A stretch of 52,353 nt of DNA, filler included, from a bacterium (GCA_040757115.1; 3 parts of 3 records of this genome joined end to end with filler, not necessarily neighbours in it), one strand, 5' to 3'; positions 1-11,118 are shown, counted from the first letter of the whole stretch. The notes: generated from the sequence alone by a model not told the origin. Translations and numbers: made by a program.

Positions 1-68
1 TATAGCATAGAAGGAGGCCAATCTCAATCATTTCTGTTAAAAAATCTACAGATTTTTTAACAGATTAA

Positions 69-368
69 CTACTGATATATCAAAGGGTTAACGCTATTCT
101 GGTTAGCCTACTTGCCGATTTCAGGATTAAAGCATGGCTTAAGGTTGTAAATAGCAACAATCAAGAAGTGATAATGCTGACGTCATTACTAAATCTCTCT
201 AATATTATACTACCACCTAATTTTGATTCAGGGATTGTAAATTTATTCAACTATACCTTTCCAGCAAATTTACCTCTAATGAATATTGAAATAGGCGGAA
301 GGATATTAGACTCAATTACTGGTGACCATTTAGATTCTGACATTGAAACATGCACCTATACACCTTAG
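69..368 (+). pseudogene. possible C-terminal fragment of a disrupted hypothetical protein
   Basis: Frame is open from 69 to the stop at 368 (..FNYTFPANLPLMNIEIGGRILDSITGD..). There are stops in all frames upstream and no clear RBS. Confidence 0.3.
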
Positions 369-378
369 TTCAACTCCC

Positions 379-423
379 AAAAAAAACAGGCAGGTATGTA
401 GTGTTTTTCTGCATACCTGCCTG
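379..423 (-). terminator. intrinsic terminator downstream of mutS
   Basis: 15-bp stem CAGGCAGGTATGTAG/CTGCATACCTGCCTG with an adjacent A-run that reads as a U-tract on the minus strand. Confidence 0.75.
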
Positions 424-472
424 ATGAGATTATTGATGTATTAAATCTGAAGTTGTTTTTATCTTGCCTTTA

Positions 473-3052
473 TCATTCCACCATTTTCTTAAGTTCATTC
501 AACTTATTCATCGCTTCAAGGGGAGTTAACCTGTCTAAATCAATCTCCTTCAATTCCTCAACCACCCTATGGGATTGAGGCTCAAAAAGGGTTAATTGCA
601 CAGGTTGGTGTTTAATTGATGATACCGCTGTTTCCTCACCAATATTACTCATCTCAAGACTACTCAATATCGCGGTGGCCCTTTTTATGACTTCTGGAGG
701 TAAGCCTGCCAGTTGGGCAACATGGATACCATAACTTCTGTCTGTTCCGCCTTTAATTATCTTTCGTAAAAATATTATTTTGTCATTCCATTCTTTAACC
801 GCGATATTGTAATTTTTTATCCTTTCCAACGAAAATTCTAACTCAGTCAATTCATGGTAATGGGTAGCAAATAGTGTTCGTGCCTGAAGGCGAGGGTTAT
901 TATGAAGATACTCAGCCACTGCCCAGGCAATACTGACTCCGTCAAAAGTGCTTGTTCCCCGACCTACCTCGTCTAAAATAAGCAGGCTTTTAGGTGTAGA
1001 ATTATTCAAGATATTGGCCGTTTCAATCATCTCCACCATAAATGTGCTTTGTCCTTTAACCAATTCATCCGAGGCGCCAACTCGAGTAAAGATACGGTCA
1101 ACAATACCAATGGTAGCCGAAGAGGCAGGAATAAAACTACCCATTTGTGCTATTAAAACAATCAATGCTACCTGACGAATATAGGTTGATTTTCCAGCCA
1201 TATTTGGTCCGGTAATAATTAAAATTTGTTCTGTATTGGCGTCAATAAAGGTATCATTTGGCACAAACCGTTCACCAACCAATACCTTTTCTACAACTGG
1301 ATGTCTGCCATCTTTAATTGAAATGATATTTTCATTATTAACCTCTGGCTGGATATAATCATTCTCAACGGCTACCTGTGAAAGGGATAAAATAACATCT
1401 AACAAGGCAATGGCATTGGCTACCTTTTGAATGCGTTTTACCTCAGTGATTATTTGTGTCCGAACCTTTAAAAATATTTCATACTCAATTTCGACAATTT
1501 TATCTTGAGCATTCAGGATTTTCACCTCCCATTCCTTTAATTGTGGAGTAATGAACCTTTCGGCATTAGTTAGAGTCTGTTTGCGGATATAATCTTGAGG
1601 CACAAGAGCTAAATTAGGTTTAGTTACCTCAATGTAATAGCCAAAAACCTTATTATACCCTACCTTCAAGGAATTAATCTTCGTGCGTTTAATCTCTTCT
1701 TGCTGAAGTCTAACCAGCCAGTTTTTTGCATCTTTACTGATATTTCGTAACTCATCCAATTCTTGAAAATACCCTTCTTTGATTAAGCCACCATCTCGTA
1801 AAGAAAGTGGTGGTGAGTCAACTATCACCTTTTCAATTAATTCGGTTACATCACTTAAATCCTCTAAATTTTCTTCTATCTCCTTTATAATTCTGGAATT
1901 AAATGGCTTTAATATATCTCTTATCTTCGGGGTTATTTTCAGTGATTCTTTTAAAGCGACCAGGTCGCGGGCATTGGCTAAATTGGTATCTAATCTGCTA
2001 ATGAGTCGTTCGATGTCGTGGATATTTTTCAGGAGAGAAAATAATTCATCTCGAAGGGTAGGAGAGGCGACAAATTCACCAATACCCTGTTGGCGATATG
2101 TTATTTTTTCTACACTTATCAAGGGTTGCTGTATCCATTCTCGAAGTAATCTGCCGCCCATGGCGGTAATAGTCTTATCTAAAACCCAGATAAGCGAACC
2201 TGTCTTTTCACCACTACGGATGGTTCTGGTTAATTCTAAATTTCTTAATGTAGCGGCATCTAATATCATAAAATCAGAGGTAGTGTAAGGTGTAAGTTTA
2301 TTGACATAGGTTAGTCCAGAGCGTTGAGTTTCCTTAAGATAATGAATAATAGCACCAGAAGCCCCAATTCCTATATGAAGGTTTTCACAACCAAATCCAT
2401 CAAGGGATGAGGTGCCAAAAAGCTCACATAAGGTATTAAATCCGGTTGAATGACTAAATATCCAATCATCCTGAAAGGTAATAGTAGTGGCTAATTGGGT
2501 TACCAATTCATCTTCCTGTAATGAAAGTGGAATAAGGCATTCTTGAGGGTTAATTCGGGTTAATTCAATGAATAATTCTGTTGGGTTGGATAACTCTGTT
2601 ACTTTGAATTCGCCAGTAGAAGGGTCGATAAACGAAAAACCAATTTTATTATTATTTTTATTGATAGCGGCTAAGTAGTTATGAACTTTATCTTCAAGTA
2701 ATGATGGATTAAGCACTGTTCCTGGAGTAATAGTTCGGATTATTTCCCGTTTAACTATGCCTTTAGCTAATTTAGGGTCTTCTACTTGTTCACAGATAGC
2801 TACTTTTTTGCCTGCCTTTATTAGCCTTGAAATATAGCCATCGGCAGAATGATAAGGCACACCGGCTAAAGGTACTTTATCACCTTTTATCGTCCCTCTT
2901 GATGTTAGTGTAATCCCCAATATTTTAGAGGCAATCTTTGCATCATCAAAAAACATCTCATAAAAATCACCCAGTCGAAAGAATAAAATAGTATCCTTCA
3001 TTTGCTGTTTAATTTGCAAATATTGCCGCATCATAGGTGTTAACTGGTCCAT
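473..3052 (-). CDS. mutS: DNA mismatch repair protein MutS
   Basis: TPMMRQY, FFRLGDFYE, GPNMAGKSTY, DEVGRGTS and SYGIHVA motifs. Confidence 0.98.
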   Translation of the reverse strand: MDQLTPMMRQYLQIKQQMKDTILFFRLGDFYEMFFDDAKIASKILGITLTSRGTIKGDKVPLAGVPYHSADGYISRLIKAGKKVAICEQVEDPKLAKGIVKREIIRTITPGTVLNPSLLEDKVHNYLAAINKNNNKIGFSFIDPSTGEFKVTELSNPTELFIELTRINPQECLIPLSLQEDELVTQLATTITFQDDWIFSHSTGFNTLCELFGTSSLDGFGCENLHIGIGASGAIIHYLKETQRSGLTYVNKLTPYTTSDFMILDAATLRNLELTRTIRSGEKTGSLIWVLDKTITAMGGRLLREWIQQPLISVEKITYRQQGIGEFVASPTLRDELFSLLKNIHDIERLISRLDTNLANARDLVALKESLKITPKIRDILKPFNSRIIKEIEENLEDLSDVTELIEKVIVDSPPLSLRDGGLIKEGYFQELDELRNISKDAKNWLVRLQQEEIKRTKINSLKVGYNKVFGYYIEVTKPNLALVPQDYIRKQTLTNAERFITPQLKEWEVKILNAQDKIVEIEYEIFLKVRTQIITEVKRIQKVANAIALLDVILSLSQVAVENDYIQPEVNNENIISIKDGRHPVVEKVLVGERFVPNDTFIDANTEQILIITGPNMAGKSTYIRQVALIVLIAQMGSFIPASSATIGIVDRIFTRVGASDELVKGQSTFMVEMIETANILNNSTPKSLLILDEVGRGTSTFDGVSIAWAVAEYLHNNPRLQARTLFATHYHELTELEFSLERIKNYNIAVKEWNDKIIFLRKIIKGGTDRSYGIHVAQLAGLPPEVIKRATAILSSLEMSNIGEETAVSSIKHQPVQLTLFEPQSHRVVEELKEIDLDRLTPLEAMNKLNELKKMVE

Positions 3053-3110
3053 ATTGTTCTCCTGAAAATAGGAAGTAGAGAGTAGAAAGTAGAGAGTAGA
3101 GAGAAAATCT

Positions 3111-3355
3111 GTAACCGTTCACCGTAGAGACACAGAGACGCAGAGAAAAAATTAAAATCTATTCACCAGAGACAGAAATTTCCTTTTTTTGTGCATTTCG
3201 GGTCTTTCCCTGTTTATTAATCTTTTAATACTTACTTTTGACTAACTGTTTTTAAGCCTTTTTAAACACCGAAAAACGCGAAAAACACGAAAAAAAAGAT
3301 ATTTTCCTCTCTGTTTCTCTGCGTCTCTGCGGTAAAGGATTACCTAAACGGTTAC
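3111..3355. mobile_element. MITE, GTAAC-TIR family, type A (uninterrupted copy)
   Basis: GTAACCGTTCA..TAAACGGTTAC ends with inverted CAGAGACAC/GCGTCTCTG 9-mer arms. Near-identical to 4950-5633 and 22154-22274. No TSD seen. Confidence 0.85.
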
Positions 3356-4480
3356 CTTTTTCCTGATTCCTAAGATACTCAAAAAGAATGATGAAAATAT
3401 GACTTGAATGCCAATGACTATAAAAGTTAAAGCGACTAAGCCAGTTCGCACCTCACTTAACGGACCAAAATTGCCTGCTATCCATCGAATTAAGATATAA
3501 ACATTTATCCCTAATCCTAATAAGGTAACTAATGCACCAATAATTAACCCTCTTTCTAAATTGAAATAATGTGAAAACCATTCGATAAATCTATCGCTTT
3601 CTTCAAAATGTTCAGTTAGAGAGTAGCTTTTAGCATACAATCCAAGATTAACAATTTGAAAGCCCAGAATAGCCAACAGGCTACCTAACACCATATAATG
3701 AATATCAAAATGTAGATTTCCTATTTTGAGTGGTCCCGGGAGTAAGACAAGTAAAAAGACTAATCCAATAAAGAATAGGATTATACCTGGTATTAAAAAT
3801 AAATAGGTAGGGGAATACAACAGCATAAACCTGAGATGTCGCCAGCCATCTTTAAATGAGGCAAGTTTTGATTCTCCTTCTCGTGGATGATAGGTGATGG
3901 GTAGTTCTTTAATTTTAAGTTTAAGTTTCAATGCCTTAATGACCATTTCAGAGGCAAATTCCATACCGATAGTTTTAAGGTTCATTTTTTTATATGCCTC
4001 TTTAGTTACCGCTCGCATACCACAATGAGCATCCGATATTTTGCCATGAAAAAATAAGTTTAAAATCCCTGTAAGTATTGGATTACCGATATATCGATGT
4101 AACCAGGGCATAGCCCCGGTTAAGATTTTACCTTTAAATCGACTACCAATACAAAACTCATATCCTTCTCTGAGCGGGATTAAAAATTTACCTATTTCTT
4201 GCAAATCATAGGTATTATCGGCGTCAGCCATAATGATATATTTTCCATTAGCCTCTTCCAAACCCATCAGATAGGCACTACCATAACCTTTTATAGGTTG
4301 ATATACTACCTTAGCACCAAGTGATTTAGCGATATTATCTGAATTATCCGTAGAGCCGTTATCAACGACAATCACCTCTCCTTCTACACCTTCATCTTTA
4401 AAGGATTTTAGTGCCTTTTTAATACAAATTCCGATAGTATCTTTCTCATTCAAGCAGGGCATAATTACAGATACATCCAT
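3344..4480 (-). CDS. GT2 glycosyltransferase (polyprenol-phosphate glycosyltransferase-like) with C-terminal TM helices
   Basis: VIMPCLNE, VVDNGSTD, DAD and SDAHCGMR motifs; hydrophobic C-terminus. Confidence 0.9.
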   Translation of the reverse strand: MDVSVIMPCLNEKDTIGICIKKALKSFKDEGVEGEVIVVDNGSTDNSDNIAKSLGAKVVYQPIKGYGSAYLMGLEEANGKYIIMADADNTYDLQEIGKFLIPLREGYEFCIGSRFKGKILTGAMPWLHRYIGNPILTGILNLFFHGKISDAHCGMRAVTKEAYKKMNLKTIGMEFASEMVIKALKLKLKIKELPITYHPREGESKLASFKDGWRHLRFMLLYSPTYLFLIPGIILFFIGLVFLLVLLPGPLKIGNLHFDIHYMVLGSLLAILGFQIVNLGLYAKSYSLTEHFEESDRFIEWFSHYFNLERGLIIGALVTLLGLGINVYILIRWIAGNFGPLSEVRTGLVALTFIVIGIQVIFSSFFLSILGIRKKVTV

Positions 4481-4554
4481 TGTTCACTCCTTATCAGCAT
4501 ATAACCTGTAACTGTGATTCAGACACTGGACATCAGACACAAGACTATAGACTC

Positions 4555-4718
4555 TATACCCAAATAAATTGAGTTTGCAAATATTTTGCTCTAAAAAGGG
4601 ATCAAGGATTCAAGGGGTCAAGGATTCAAGGGAGGTGAAAAATAAGATGTTCACTCGACCCCTGGATCCCTTGAATCCTTTCAAGAAAGTTTTTGCAAAC
4701 CTGTTTTCTTTGAGTATA
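4555..4718. mobile_element. MITE with ~27-bp imperfect TIR (TATAC(C/T)CAAA..GTTTGCAAA)
   Basis: TIRs at 4555-4581 and 4692-4718; internal inverted 8-mer arms AAGGATTC/AAGGGGTC versus GACCCCTG/GAATCCTT. Confidence 0.7.
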
Positions 4719-4776
4719 AATCGTAACTCGTGTCCCGTAAACCCGTAGAATTATATGATGGTTAGCCAGTAAGTTA

Positions 4777-4805
4777 ATTATACAAAAATAGTTATTATTT
4801 GTCAA
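4777..4805 (-). promoter_or_regulatory. sigma70 promoter for the GT2 gene
   Basis: Perfect TTGACA-17-TATAAT on the minus strand. Confidence 0.75.
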
Positions 4806-5139
4806 TTTAAAAAATTTTCTGAAGTAAGAGGTTAGTAAAGTGAGAGGATTAATCTGATTTTCAAAAGAACCACGGAAATACAGAAATTATGAAGCACGGA
4901 AATTTGATAGAGTAATTCTATGAATAGAAAGGGATGTCCATCAATTTTTGTAACCGTTCACCGCAGAGATACAGAGACGCAGAGAAAAAATTAAAATTTA
5001 TTCACCAGAGACAGAAATTTCCTTTTTTTGTGTGCATTTCGGGTCTTTCGTTGTTTATTAATCTTTTAATACTTACTTTTGACTAACTGTTTTTAAGCCT
5101 TTTTAAACACCGAAAAACGCGAAAAACACGAAAAAAAAG

Positions 5140-5566
5140 GTAACCGTTCAGCCACAGAGGCACAGAGTTCACAGAGAATTAGAGAAATTAGCTATAAATG
5201 GACACGAATTAACCTGTGCCATTCGATAAATGTAGTGCGAACCTTTAGGTTCGTTTTCCTGCTTGCCAGAAGCGAGGCTAAAGTCTCGCACTACAAATCT
5301 TTTCCACCTGTGCGATTAGACTAATTCATCGCAGAGACACAAAGGAAAAATATAATGTCAAATGTAAAATAGGAAATGAAAAATGGGAAATTTTAGTACT
5401 TCGCAAGATTCATTACCTTTCAGTTATACACTTTCATTTTTCATTTTACATTATCCATTTTACATTTAACCGCACAGGTCGAATCTTTTTATTATTCGTG
5501 TTCATTCGTGGTTATATATTTCCTCTGTGTTCTCTGTGACTCTGTGGCTATATCCTGAACGGTTAC
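5140..5566. mobile_element. MITE, GTAAC-TIR family, type B (carries a REP doublet)
   Basis: GTAACCGTTCAG/CTGAACGGTTAC ends. 8-bp TSD AAAAAAAG at 5132-5139 and 5567-5574; empty site visible at ~3291-3298. Confidence 0.92.
5304..5481. mobile_element. MITE, C(G/C)ACCTGT-TIR family (type C)
   Basis: CCACCTGTGCG..CGCACAGGTCG ends. 8-bp TSD AATCTTTT at 5296-5303 and 5482-5489; empty site at ~17776-17783. Confidence 0.92.
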
Positions 5567-5629
5567 AAAAAAAGATATTTTCCTCTCTGCGAACTCTTGC
5601 GTCTCTGCGGTAAAGGATTACCTGAACTG

Positions 5630-7246
5630 TTACTCTTCCTTACTTTCCTTTAAACTTGCCCCAATAAAATCTCTAAATAATGGATGAGGATTGGTCGGTT
5701 TAGATTTGAATTCAGGATGAAATTGAGTGGCAACAAACCACGGGTGGTTTTTTAACTCAATTATCTCAACTAAATTATCATCTAACGATAGCCCACTAAA
5801 AATAACATTATGTTTTAATAGTATTTTTCGATATTTATTATTTACCTCATATCTATGTCTGTGTCGTTCGGAGATTATCTTTTCACCATAGGCTTTATGA
5901 GCAAAAGAACCGTGTCCAAGTTTAGCCGGATATCGTCCCAAACGCATTGTGCCACCCTTCTCTTTTGTGTTTTTTTGTATTTCCATTAAATCGATGACCG
6001 GATGCGGTGTATTGGGGTCAATCTCTGAGCTATTGGCATTTTTTAGTCCAGCAAGATTTCTTGCTAATTCTATCACCGCACATTGTAACCCTAAACATAT
6101 TCCCAAAAATGGTATTTTATTCTTTCTCGCATAAGAAACTGCTTCAATCTTTCCCTCAATCCCTCGATATCCAAAACCTCCAGGAACTAATATCCCATTG
6201 ACATCTTTAAATGCTTTATCTATCTTTTTTTGGGTGTTAAGTTCTTCTGAATCAACCCATTTAATATGAACCTTCACTTGATGAGGAACACCACCATGAA
6301 TTAGTGCCTCAACAATGCTTTTGTAGGCATCTTGAAGCTGGATATATTTTCCAACCACAGCGATATTAACCGACGAATCGGGACTTTTAATAATATTGAT
6401 TACCTTATTCCATTGTTCTTCTTGAGGGATGGATTCATAAGGCGGGGAAAGATTCAATAATTTTATAATAATCTTATCCAGCCCCTGTTTTTTAAATATT
6501 AATGGGACCTCATAAACACTACTGACATCATAGGCATCAATTATTGCCTCTTTATCCACATCGCAAAATAAGGCAATTTTATCCTTGAGTTCTGATAGTA
6601 GGGGTTTTTGCGTTCGACATAGAATAATATCCGGAGCAATACCAATCTCACGAAGTTTCATAACTGAATGTTGAGTAGGTTTGGTTTTAATTTCGTTTGA
6701 GACACTTATAAATGGGACTAAAGTAAGGTGGATATAAAGGACATTTTCTTTGCCAACATCTTTACGGAATTGTCTAATTGCCTCCAAAAAAGGTAATCCT
6801 TCAAAATCCCCAACTGTTCCACCAATTTCACCAATAACTACATCCACATCATCTTTGGATAGTTTTAATATTCCCGCTTTAATCTCGTCAGTGATATGTG
6901 GAATTACCTGGACAGTCTTGCCAAGATAATCGCCCTTTCTTTCTTTAGTTATGACTGAATAATAAACCATTCCGGCAGTGATATTGCTTTCTTTATTGAT
7001 AATTGAGTTAGTAAATCGCTCATAATGTCCTAAATCAAGGTCTGTTTCTGCTCCATCATCCGTAACATAGACCTCACCATGTTGATAAGGGCTCATTGTG
7101 CCGGGGTCAACATTTATGTATGGGTCAAGTTTTTGCATTCGGATTTTTAGTCCTTTGTTTTCTAATATATGTCCAATAGATGCGGCGGCAATGCCTTTAC
7201 CTAAAGATGAGACAACACCACCGGTGATAAAGATAAATTTTGTCAT
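5630..7246 (-). CDS. pyrG: CTP synthase
   Basis: [25 protein letters not shown] and QFHPEF motifs. Confidence 0.98.
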   Translation of the reverse strand: MTKFIFITGGVVSSLGKGIAAASIGHILENKGLKIRMQKLDPYINVDPGTMSPYQHGEVYVTDDGAETDLDLGHYERFTNSIINKESNITAGMVYYSVITKERKGDYLGKTVQVIPHITDEIKAGILKLSKDDVDVVIGEIGGTVGDFEGLPFLEAIRQFRKDVGKENVLYIHLTLVPFISVSNEIKTKPTQHSVMKLREIGIAPDIILCRTQKPLLSELKDKIALFCDVDKEAIIDAYDVSSVYEVPLIFKKQGLDKIIIKLLNLSPPYESIPQEEQWNKVINIIKSPDSSVNIAVVGKYIQLQDAYKSIVEALIHGGVPHQVKVHIKWVDSEELNTQKKIDKAFKDVNGILVPGGFGYRGIEGKIEAVSYARKNKIPFLGICLGLQCAVIELARNLAGLKNANSSEIDPNTPHPVIDLMEIQKNTKEKGGTMRLGRYPAKLGHGSFAHKAYGEKIISERHRHRYEVNNKYRKILLKHNVIFSGLSLDDNLVEIIELKNHPWFVATQFHPEFKSKPTNPHPLFRDFIGASLKESKEE

Positions 7247-7262
7247 ATTACCTCTTCCCTGA

Positions 7263-7991
7263 TTACCAATTACTGATTACCTGTTTTCTTACCTTCTCTA
7301 AATCATCTTCAGTATCCACTCCTATTGATAAATATTCAGTTTCAACTACCTTAATTTTATATCCATTTTCTAATACCCGTAATTGTTCTAATCCTTCTGT
7401 TTGTTCAAGGGGAGTGGCTGGTAGTTGAACTAATTTTAATAAAAAATCCTTGCGATAAACATAAAGTCCAATATGTTTATAATTCTCATAATGAAATTGA
7501 TGTCTAAAAAAAGGTATTGGTGAGCGAGAGAAATAAAGGGCAAAATCATCTTTATCCGTAACTATTTTAACGACATTAGGATTAGATAATTCAGTTTGGT
7601 CTGTTACTTTGTGTTTAAGGGTAGTCATATAAATGGTTGGGTCGGTCAGGAGAGGTTTAACTGCCTCATCAATCGCAGAAGGTGAAATTAGAGGTTCATC
7701 ACCTTGAACATTAACTACAATTTCTACATCAAGTTGTTCTGCGACTTCCGCGACTCTTGAAGTTCCTGATTGATGTTCTCTTAAGGTCAAAAATACCTCT
7801 CCGCCAAAGTTTTTAACCCTGTCATAAATTTGTTGTGAGTCAGTGGCAACAATTAATGCCTCTAAAGTCTTAGATTTTTTCGCCCCTTCATACACCCATT
7901 GAATCATTGGTTTATCTAATATTTTAGCCAATGGTTTGCCGGGAAATCTTGTTGAAGAAAATCTTGCGGGAATTATCCCCACTATTTTCAT
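7263..7991 (-). CDS. kdsB: 3-deoxy-manno-octulosonate cytidylyltransferase
   Basis: [32 protein letters not shown] and LEQLRVLE motifs. Confidence 0.97.
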   Translation of the reverse strand: MKIVGIIPARFSSTRFPGKPLAKILDKPMIQWVYEGAKKSKTLEALIVATDSQQIYDRVKNFGGEVFLTLREHQSGTSRVAEVAEQLDVEIVVNVQGDEPLISPSAIDEAVKPLLTDPTIYMTTLKHKVTDQTELSNPNVVKIVTDKDDFALYFSRSPIPFFRHQFHYENYKHIGLYVYRKDFLLKLVQLPATPLEQTEGLEQLRVLENGYKIKVVETEYLSIGVDTEDDLEKVRKQVISNW

Positions 7992-7994
7992 CTT

Positions 7995-8747
7995 TTATTT
8001 CTGTTCCTTCCAGATATTAAAATATCCTAAAGCAAATAGGGTTAAGACGAGCACTGGACACACGACTATTACCCATCCTCTCCACCAATTATAACCTTGT
8101 GGGAATATGGTGAAAAAGGTTATTATTCCTGTAATTATCCAGACTAAAAGTAATAATGTTACTCCCGCAACTACTCGTAATCTAAAATTACTTGCCTTTT
8201 TGTCAAGGTCTGTTGTTTCATACCAGAGTTGTAATTTAACCAGTTCTTCACCCAGTTCATCTAACGCGCCTTTCTGGAATTTCTCTTTTAATGATTTAAT
8301 CAATTCCGATAATTCTATAGGTACTGTTGTTGGTTTTTTCTGGTTCGCCATTTCCTCTAATATCTTTTCAATCTGTAAGATACATTCTTCTTTTTGTTGT
8401 AAATCTAATTTCGCATCCTCTTTAAGTGAAAGTTCAACATCTTCTAACGGGACTTCTGGAGGAATATACATCGTTAATTTTACCCCTTTTTGTCTGCCTA
8501 CGGAACGAATAAGTCGATATATTCTGGCGACAGAGATAGGTTGTTTGTTAATTAAATCCCTTTTTAATATCTCAATGAGTTTCTTCATCGCTTTTTTACT
8601 CTTAGTCAAAACATCCATTAATTTGCTACTTATAATCCAACTGACGAGAGCTGTTAAAAATATCCCCAGTAACATTCCCACGAGTAATGTTCCCAGAGTT
8701 GCTAATTGTTGTTGCACAACATTTATATTCATTTTTTTTACCTCCAT
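7995..8747 (-). CDS. hypothetical membrane protein (1 N-terminal and 2 C-terminal TM segments)
   Basis: 250-aa ORF co-directional in the rfaE-kdsB operon, with hydrophobic segments. Confidence 0.75.
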   Translation of the reverse strand: MEVKKMNINVVQQQLATLGTLLVGMLLGIFLTALVSWIISSKLMDVLTKSKKAMKKLIEILKRDLINKQPISVARIYRLIRSVGRQKGVKLTMYIPPEVPLEDVELSLKEDAKLDLQQKEECILQIEKILEEMANQKKPTTVPIELSELIKSLKEKFQKGALDELGEELVKLQLWYETTDLDKKASNFRLRVVAGVTLLLLVWIITGIITFFTIFPQGYNWWRGWVIVVCPVLVLTLFALGYFNIWKEQK

Positions 8748-8760
8748 TTGTTTGGTAATT

Positions 8761-9256
8761 TAGAGTTCTGCAAAACTAAGAAACTGTAGTTTTTAAGCGG
8801 GTATTTAAAACCTCTATTTTTATCAAATTCCTCCAAATATCAAAATGCAAAACTCGTTTATAGTTTATAGTGTATAGTTTATAGTTTAGGGTTTATAGTG
8901 TATAGTTTATAGTGTATAGTTTATAGTCCTTCAACTATCAACTATCAACTATAAACTATCAACTATCTTTGCCAAAGTTCAGTAAAATTATCTTTTTCCT
9001 TTCAGCGTTAAGATACTTGAAGCAAAGATATTACCAGATTCCTCCAACTCTTTGAGAAACCATGCTACTTCCTATTGCTCACCAATTCTTTGAGAAACAC
9101 TATCCTTTGGCAACTTATCGATGAATTCTATAAGTCGCAGAGTGAAGTTATACAATCTTTTCTTGAAGTCCTTTTTGAAATTTGATTTGTAATTTTGCAT
9201 TTTGATATTTAATATTTATTTGCTGTCTCCCCCAAATCCTATTTTGCAGAACCCTA
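8761..9256. mobile_element. MITE type F (TIR TAG(G/A)GTTCTGCAAAA) carrying a four-helix-bundle pseudogene
   Basis: 15-bp TIRs; internal TTTATAG/CTATCAA 7-mer arrays; homologous to 30567-30885. Confidence 0.88.
8988..9200 (-). pseudogene. four-helix-bundle protein (23S rRNA IVP/Avd-like family), internally deleted
   Basis: Translates MQNYKSNFKKDFKKRLYNFTLRLIEFIDKLPKDSVSQRIGEQ* then EVAWFLKELEESGNIFASSILTLKGKR*. The central helices are missing. Confidence 0.8.
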
Positions 9257-9274
9257 TCGGTAATTAGTTACCAG

Positions 9275-9754
9275 TTACTTATTATATCTCTCAATAATCG
9301 TTTGAATTAAATTAGTGGTTGATTTACCTTTAATTTCTGGAATGGTCAATACTTTTCCACCAGCAGAGGTGACAATTTCTCGACCTTTTATTTCATTTAA
9401 TTGATAATCACCTCCTTTAACTAATACATCGGGAATTAACTCCGAAATTATTCTGACCGGGTCAATCTCTTCAAATATAAGCACATAATCAACGCAAGAT
9501 AAAGCAGAGAGGATATAGGCTCTATCTTCTTGAGGCATCAGAGGTCTTGTATCCCCCTTAATCTTTTTGATAGATTCATCACTATTAATGGCAACAATTA
9601 AAATATCACCATAAGTTTTTGCCTCTTCAAGGTATTTTATATGACCATAATGCAAAATATCAAAACAGCCATTGGTAAAAACTATTTGTTTGTCCTGATT
9701 TTTTAGATCGGATATTATATTTTTTAATTCCTCAAGGGTTTTAATTTTAGTCAA
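9275..9754 (-). CDS. rfaE2: D-glycero-beta-D-manno-heptose 1-phosphate adenylyltransferase
   Basis: VFTNGCFDILHYGH and VLVKGGDY motifs. TTG start at 9754 preferred (the ORF extends to 9781). Confidence 0.95.
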   Translation of the reverse strand: MTKIKTLEELKNIISDLKNQDKQIVFTNGCFDILHYGHIKYLEEAKTYGDILIVAINSDESIKKIKGDTRPLMPQEDRAYILSALSCVDYVLIFEEIDPVRIISELIPDVLVKGGDYQLNEIKGREIVTSAGGKVLTIPEIKGKSTTNLIQTIIERYNK

Positions 9755-10724
9755 GTTTTTTAATTCTTTCCTGCAATTCATCTATTTTTAATGTTGCGGT
9801 GCCTACTTTTTCGACGACGATTCCCGCAGCACAATTAGATAATCTGGCACAGGTTTTCATATCCAACCCTGCACCTAAAGCCATTGCCATCACCGCTACA
9901 ACCGTATCTCCAGCTCCCGTAACATCATAAACCTCTTTAGCAATCGTTGGGATATGCGTCACATCGCCATTTTGCTCAAATAGAGTCATACCTTCTTCGC
10001 CTCTGGTGATAAGGACTCCTTTAGCTTCTAATTGGGCTAAAATACTTTTGCCAACATTAATCAAAGATTCATCATCAACTATTTTTTTACGGGTTAGAGT
10101 TTCTGCCTCTTTAAGATTAGGGGTGATTACTGTTATTCCTTTGTAACTCAGGAAATGACTTTCTTTGGGGTCAACTATTATTGGTAGATTATATTTTTTA
10201 GTTAGAGGGATAATTTCTTCTAACAATCTTGCATTAATGACCCCTTTACCATAATCAGAGATAACAATACTCTGAATATCTTCGATGACCATTCTACAAA
10301 AACTCAATATTTGTTTACAAACCCATTCATCGATATTAGAGCGTTGTTCGCGGTCAACCCTGACTATTTGTTGGGAATGACCAATAATTCTTGATTTTAA
10401 TGTTGTCGGTCGTTCGCTATCAATCACTACGCCATCAATTTCAATTCCTTTTGCTTTAAAATCTGTAAGTAATTTTTTCCCGGTTCCGTCATCTCCAATT
10501 ACACCAGTGGGATATATTTTCCCTCCTAATGAATAGATGTTATTAATTACATTTCCCGCTCCGCCTGGAGCATAGGTGATTGAAGTTACCTCAACCACAG
10601 GCACTGGCGCCTCAGGTGAAATACGCTCTACTTTACCGTAGATAAATTCATCTATCATCAAATCGCCAATAACTAATATTTTGACACCTTTAAATTTATC
10701 AATCGCCCTGGCTAATTTATCCAT
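9747..10724 (-). CDS. rfaE1: D-glycero-beta-D-manno-heptose-7-phosphate kinase
   Basis: RISPEAPVP, SDYGKG and DVTGAGDT motifs. Confidence 0.95.
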   Translation of the reverse strand: MDKLARAIDKFKGVKILVIGDLMIDEFIYGKVERISPEAPVPVVEVTSITYAPGGAGNVINNIYSLGGKIYPTGVIGDDGTGKKLLTDFKAKGIEIDGVVIDSERPTTLKSRIIGHSQQIVRVDREQRSNIDEWVCKQILSFCRMVIEDIQSIVISDYGKGVINARLLEEIIPLTKKYNLPIIVDPKESHFLSYKGITVITPNLKEAETLTRKKIVDDESLINVGKSILAQLEAKGVLITRGEEGMTLFEQNGDVTHIPTIAKEVYDVTGAGDTVVAVMAMALGAGLDMKTCARLSNCAAGIVVEKVGTATLKIDELQERIKKLD

Positions 10725-10777
10725 TATTCAAAAACCTCCATCTTTTGTAAGTGTTCAGGATGTAATAAAGGGAAAAG

Positions 10778-10968
10778 GTAACTGTTCACCGCAGAGACAC
10801 AGAGACGCAGAGAAAAAATTAAAAACTATGGACGATACTCATAAATCTGGTTACAATGTGCTATGTATTTCAATGTCTGCATCAATAATCTTTTATGTGC
10901 TCTAATTTATTTCTATGTCTTCTCTGTTCCTCTGCGTCTCTGCGGTAAATTACCCCCCTGAACGGTTA
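10778..10968. mobile_element. GTAAC-family MITE with a degraded GxxExxY gene (minus strand)
   Basis: GTAACTGTTCA..TGAACGGTTA ends. Minus strand reads IEIN*ST*KIIDADIEIHSTL*PDL..IVHSF*. Homologous to 27425-27678; an extra GTAAGTGTTCAG end lies at 10747. Confidence 0.8.
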
Positions 10969-10999
10969 AGTGAAACCCTATTCTGTCTATTGTCTTCTA

Positions 11000-11028
11000 A
11001 TTTTATCACAAAGGTTATATTCTGTCAA
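11000..11028 (-). promoter_or_regulatory. sigma70 promoter for the rfaE operon
   Basis: TTGACA-17-TAAAAT with TG extended -10. Confidence 0.65.
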
Positions 11029-11118
11029 CAAAATTTTACTTGACCGATTTTGACAACAGGCAGTCACTCTAAAGATTTCTTGTTTAAATGTCGATAAAAG
11101 AATAAGAGGGTTTTAACA

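Larger units (their letters stand above)
4950..5633. mobile_element. MITE type A carrying nested insertions
   Basis: Same sequence as 3111-3355, split at 5139/5567. Confidence 0.85.

Noticed and set aside
4870-4916. CACGGAAA repeats followed by MKHGNLIE*
   Set aside because: Resembles a GxxExxY start scar but is too short to support as a feature.
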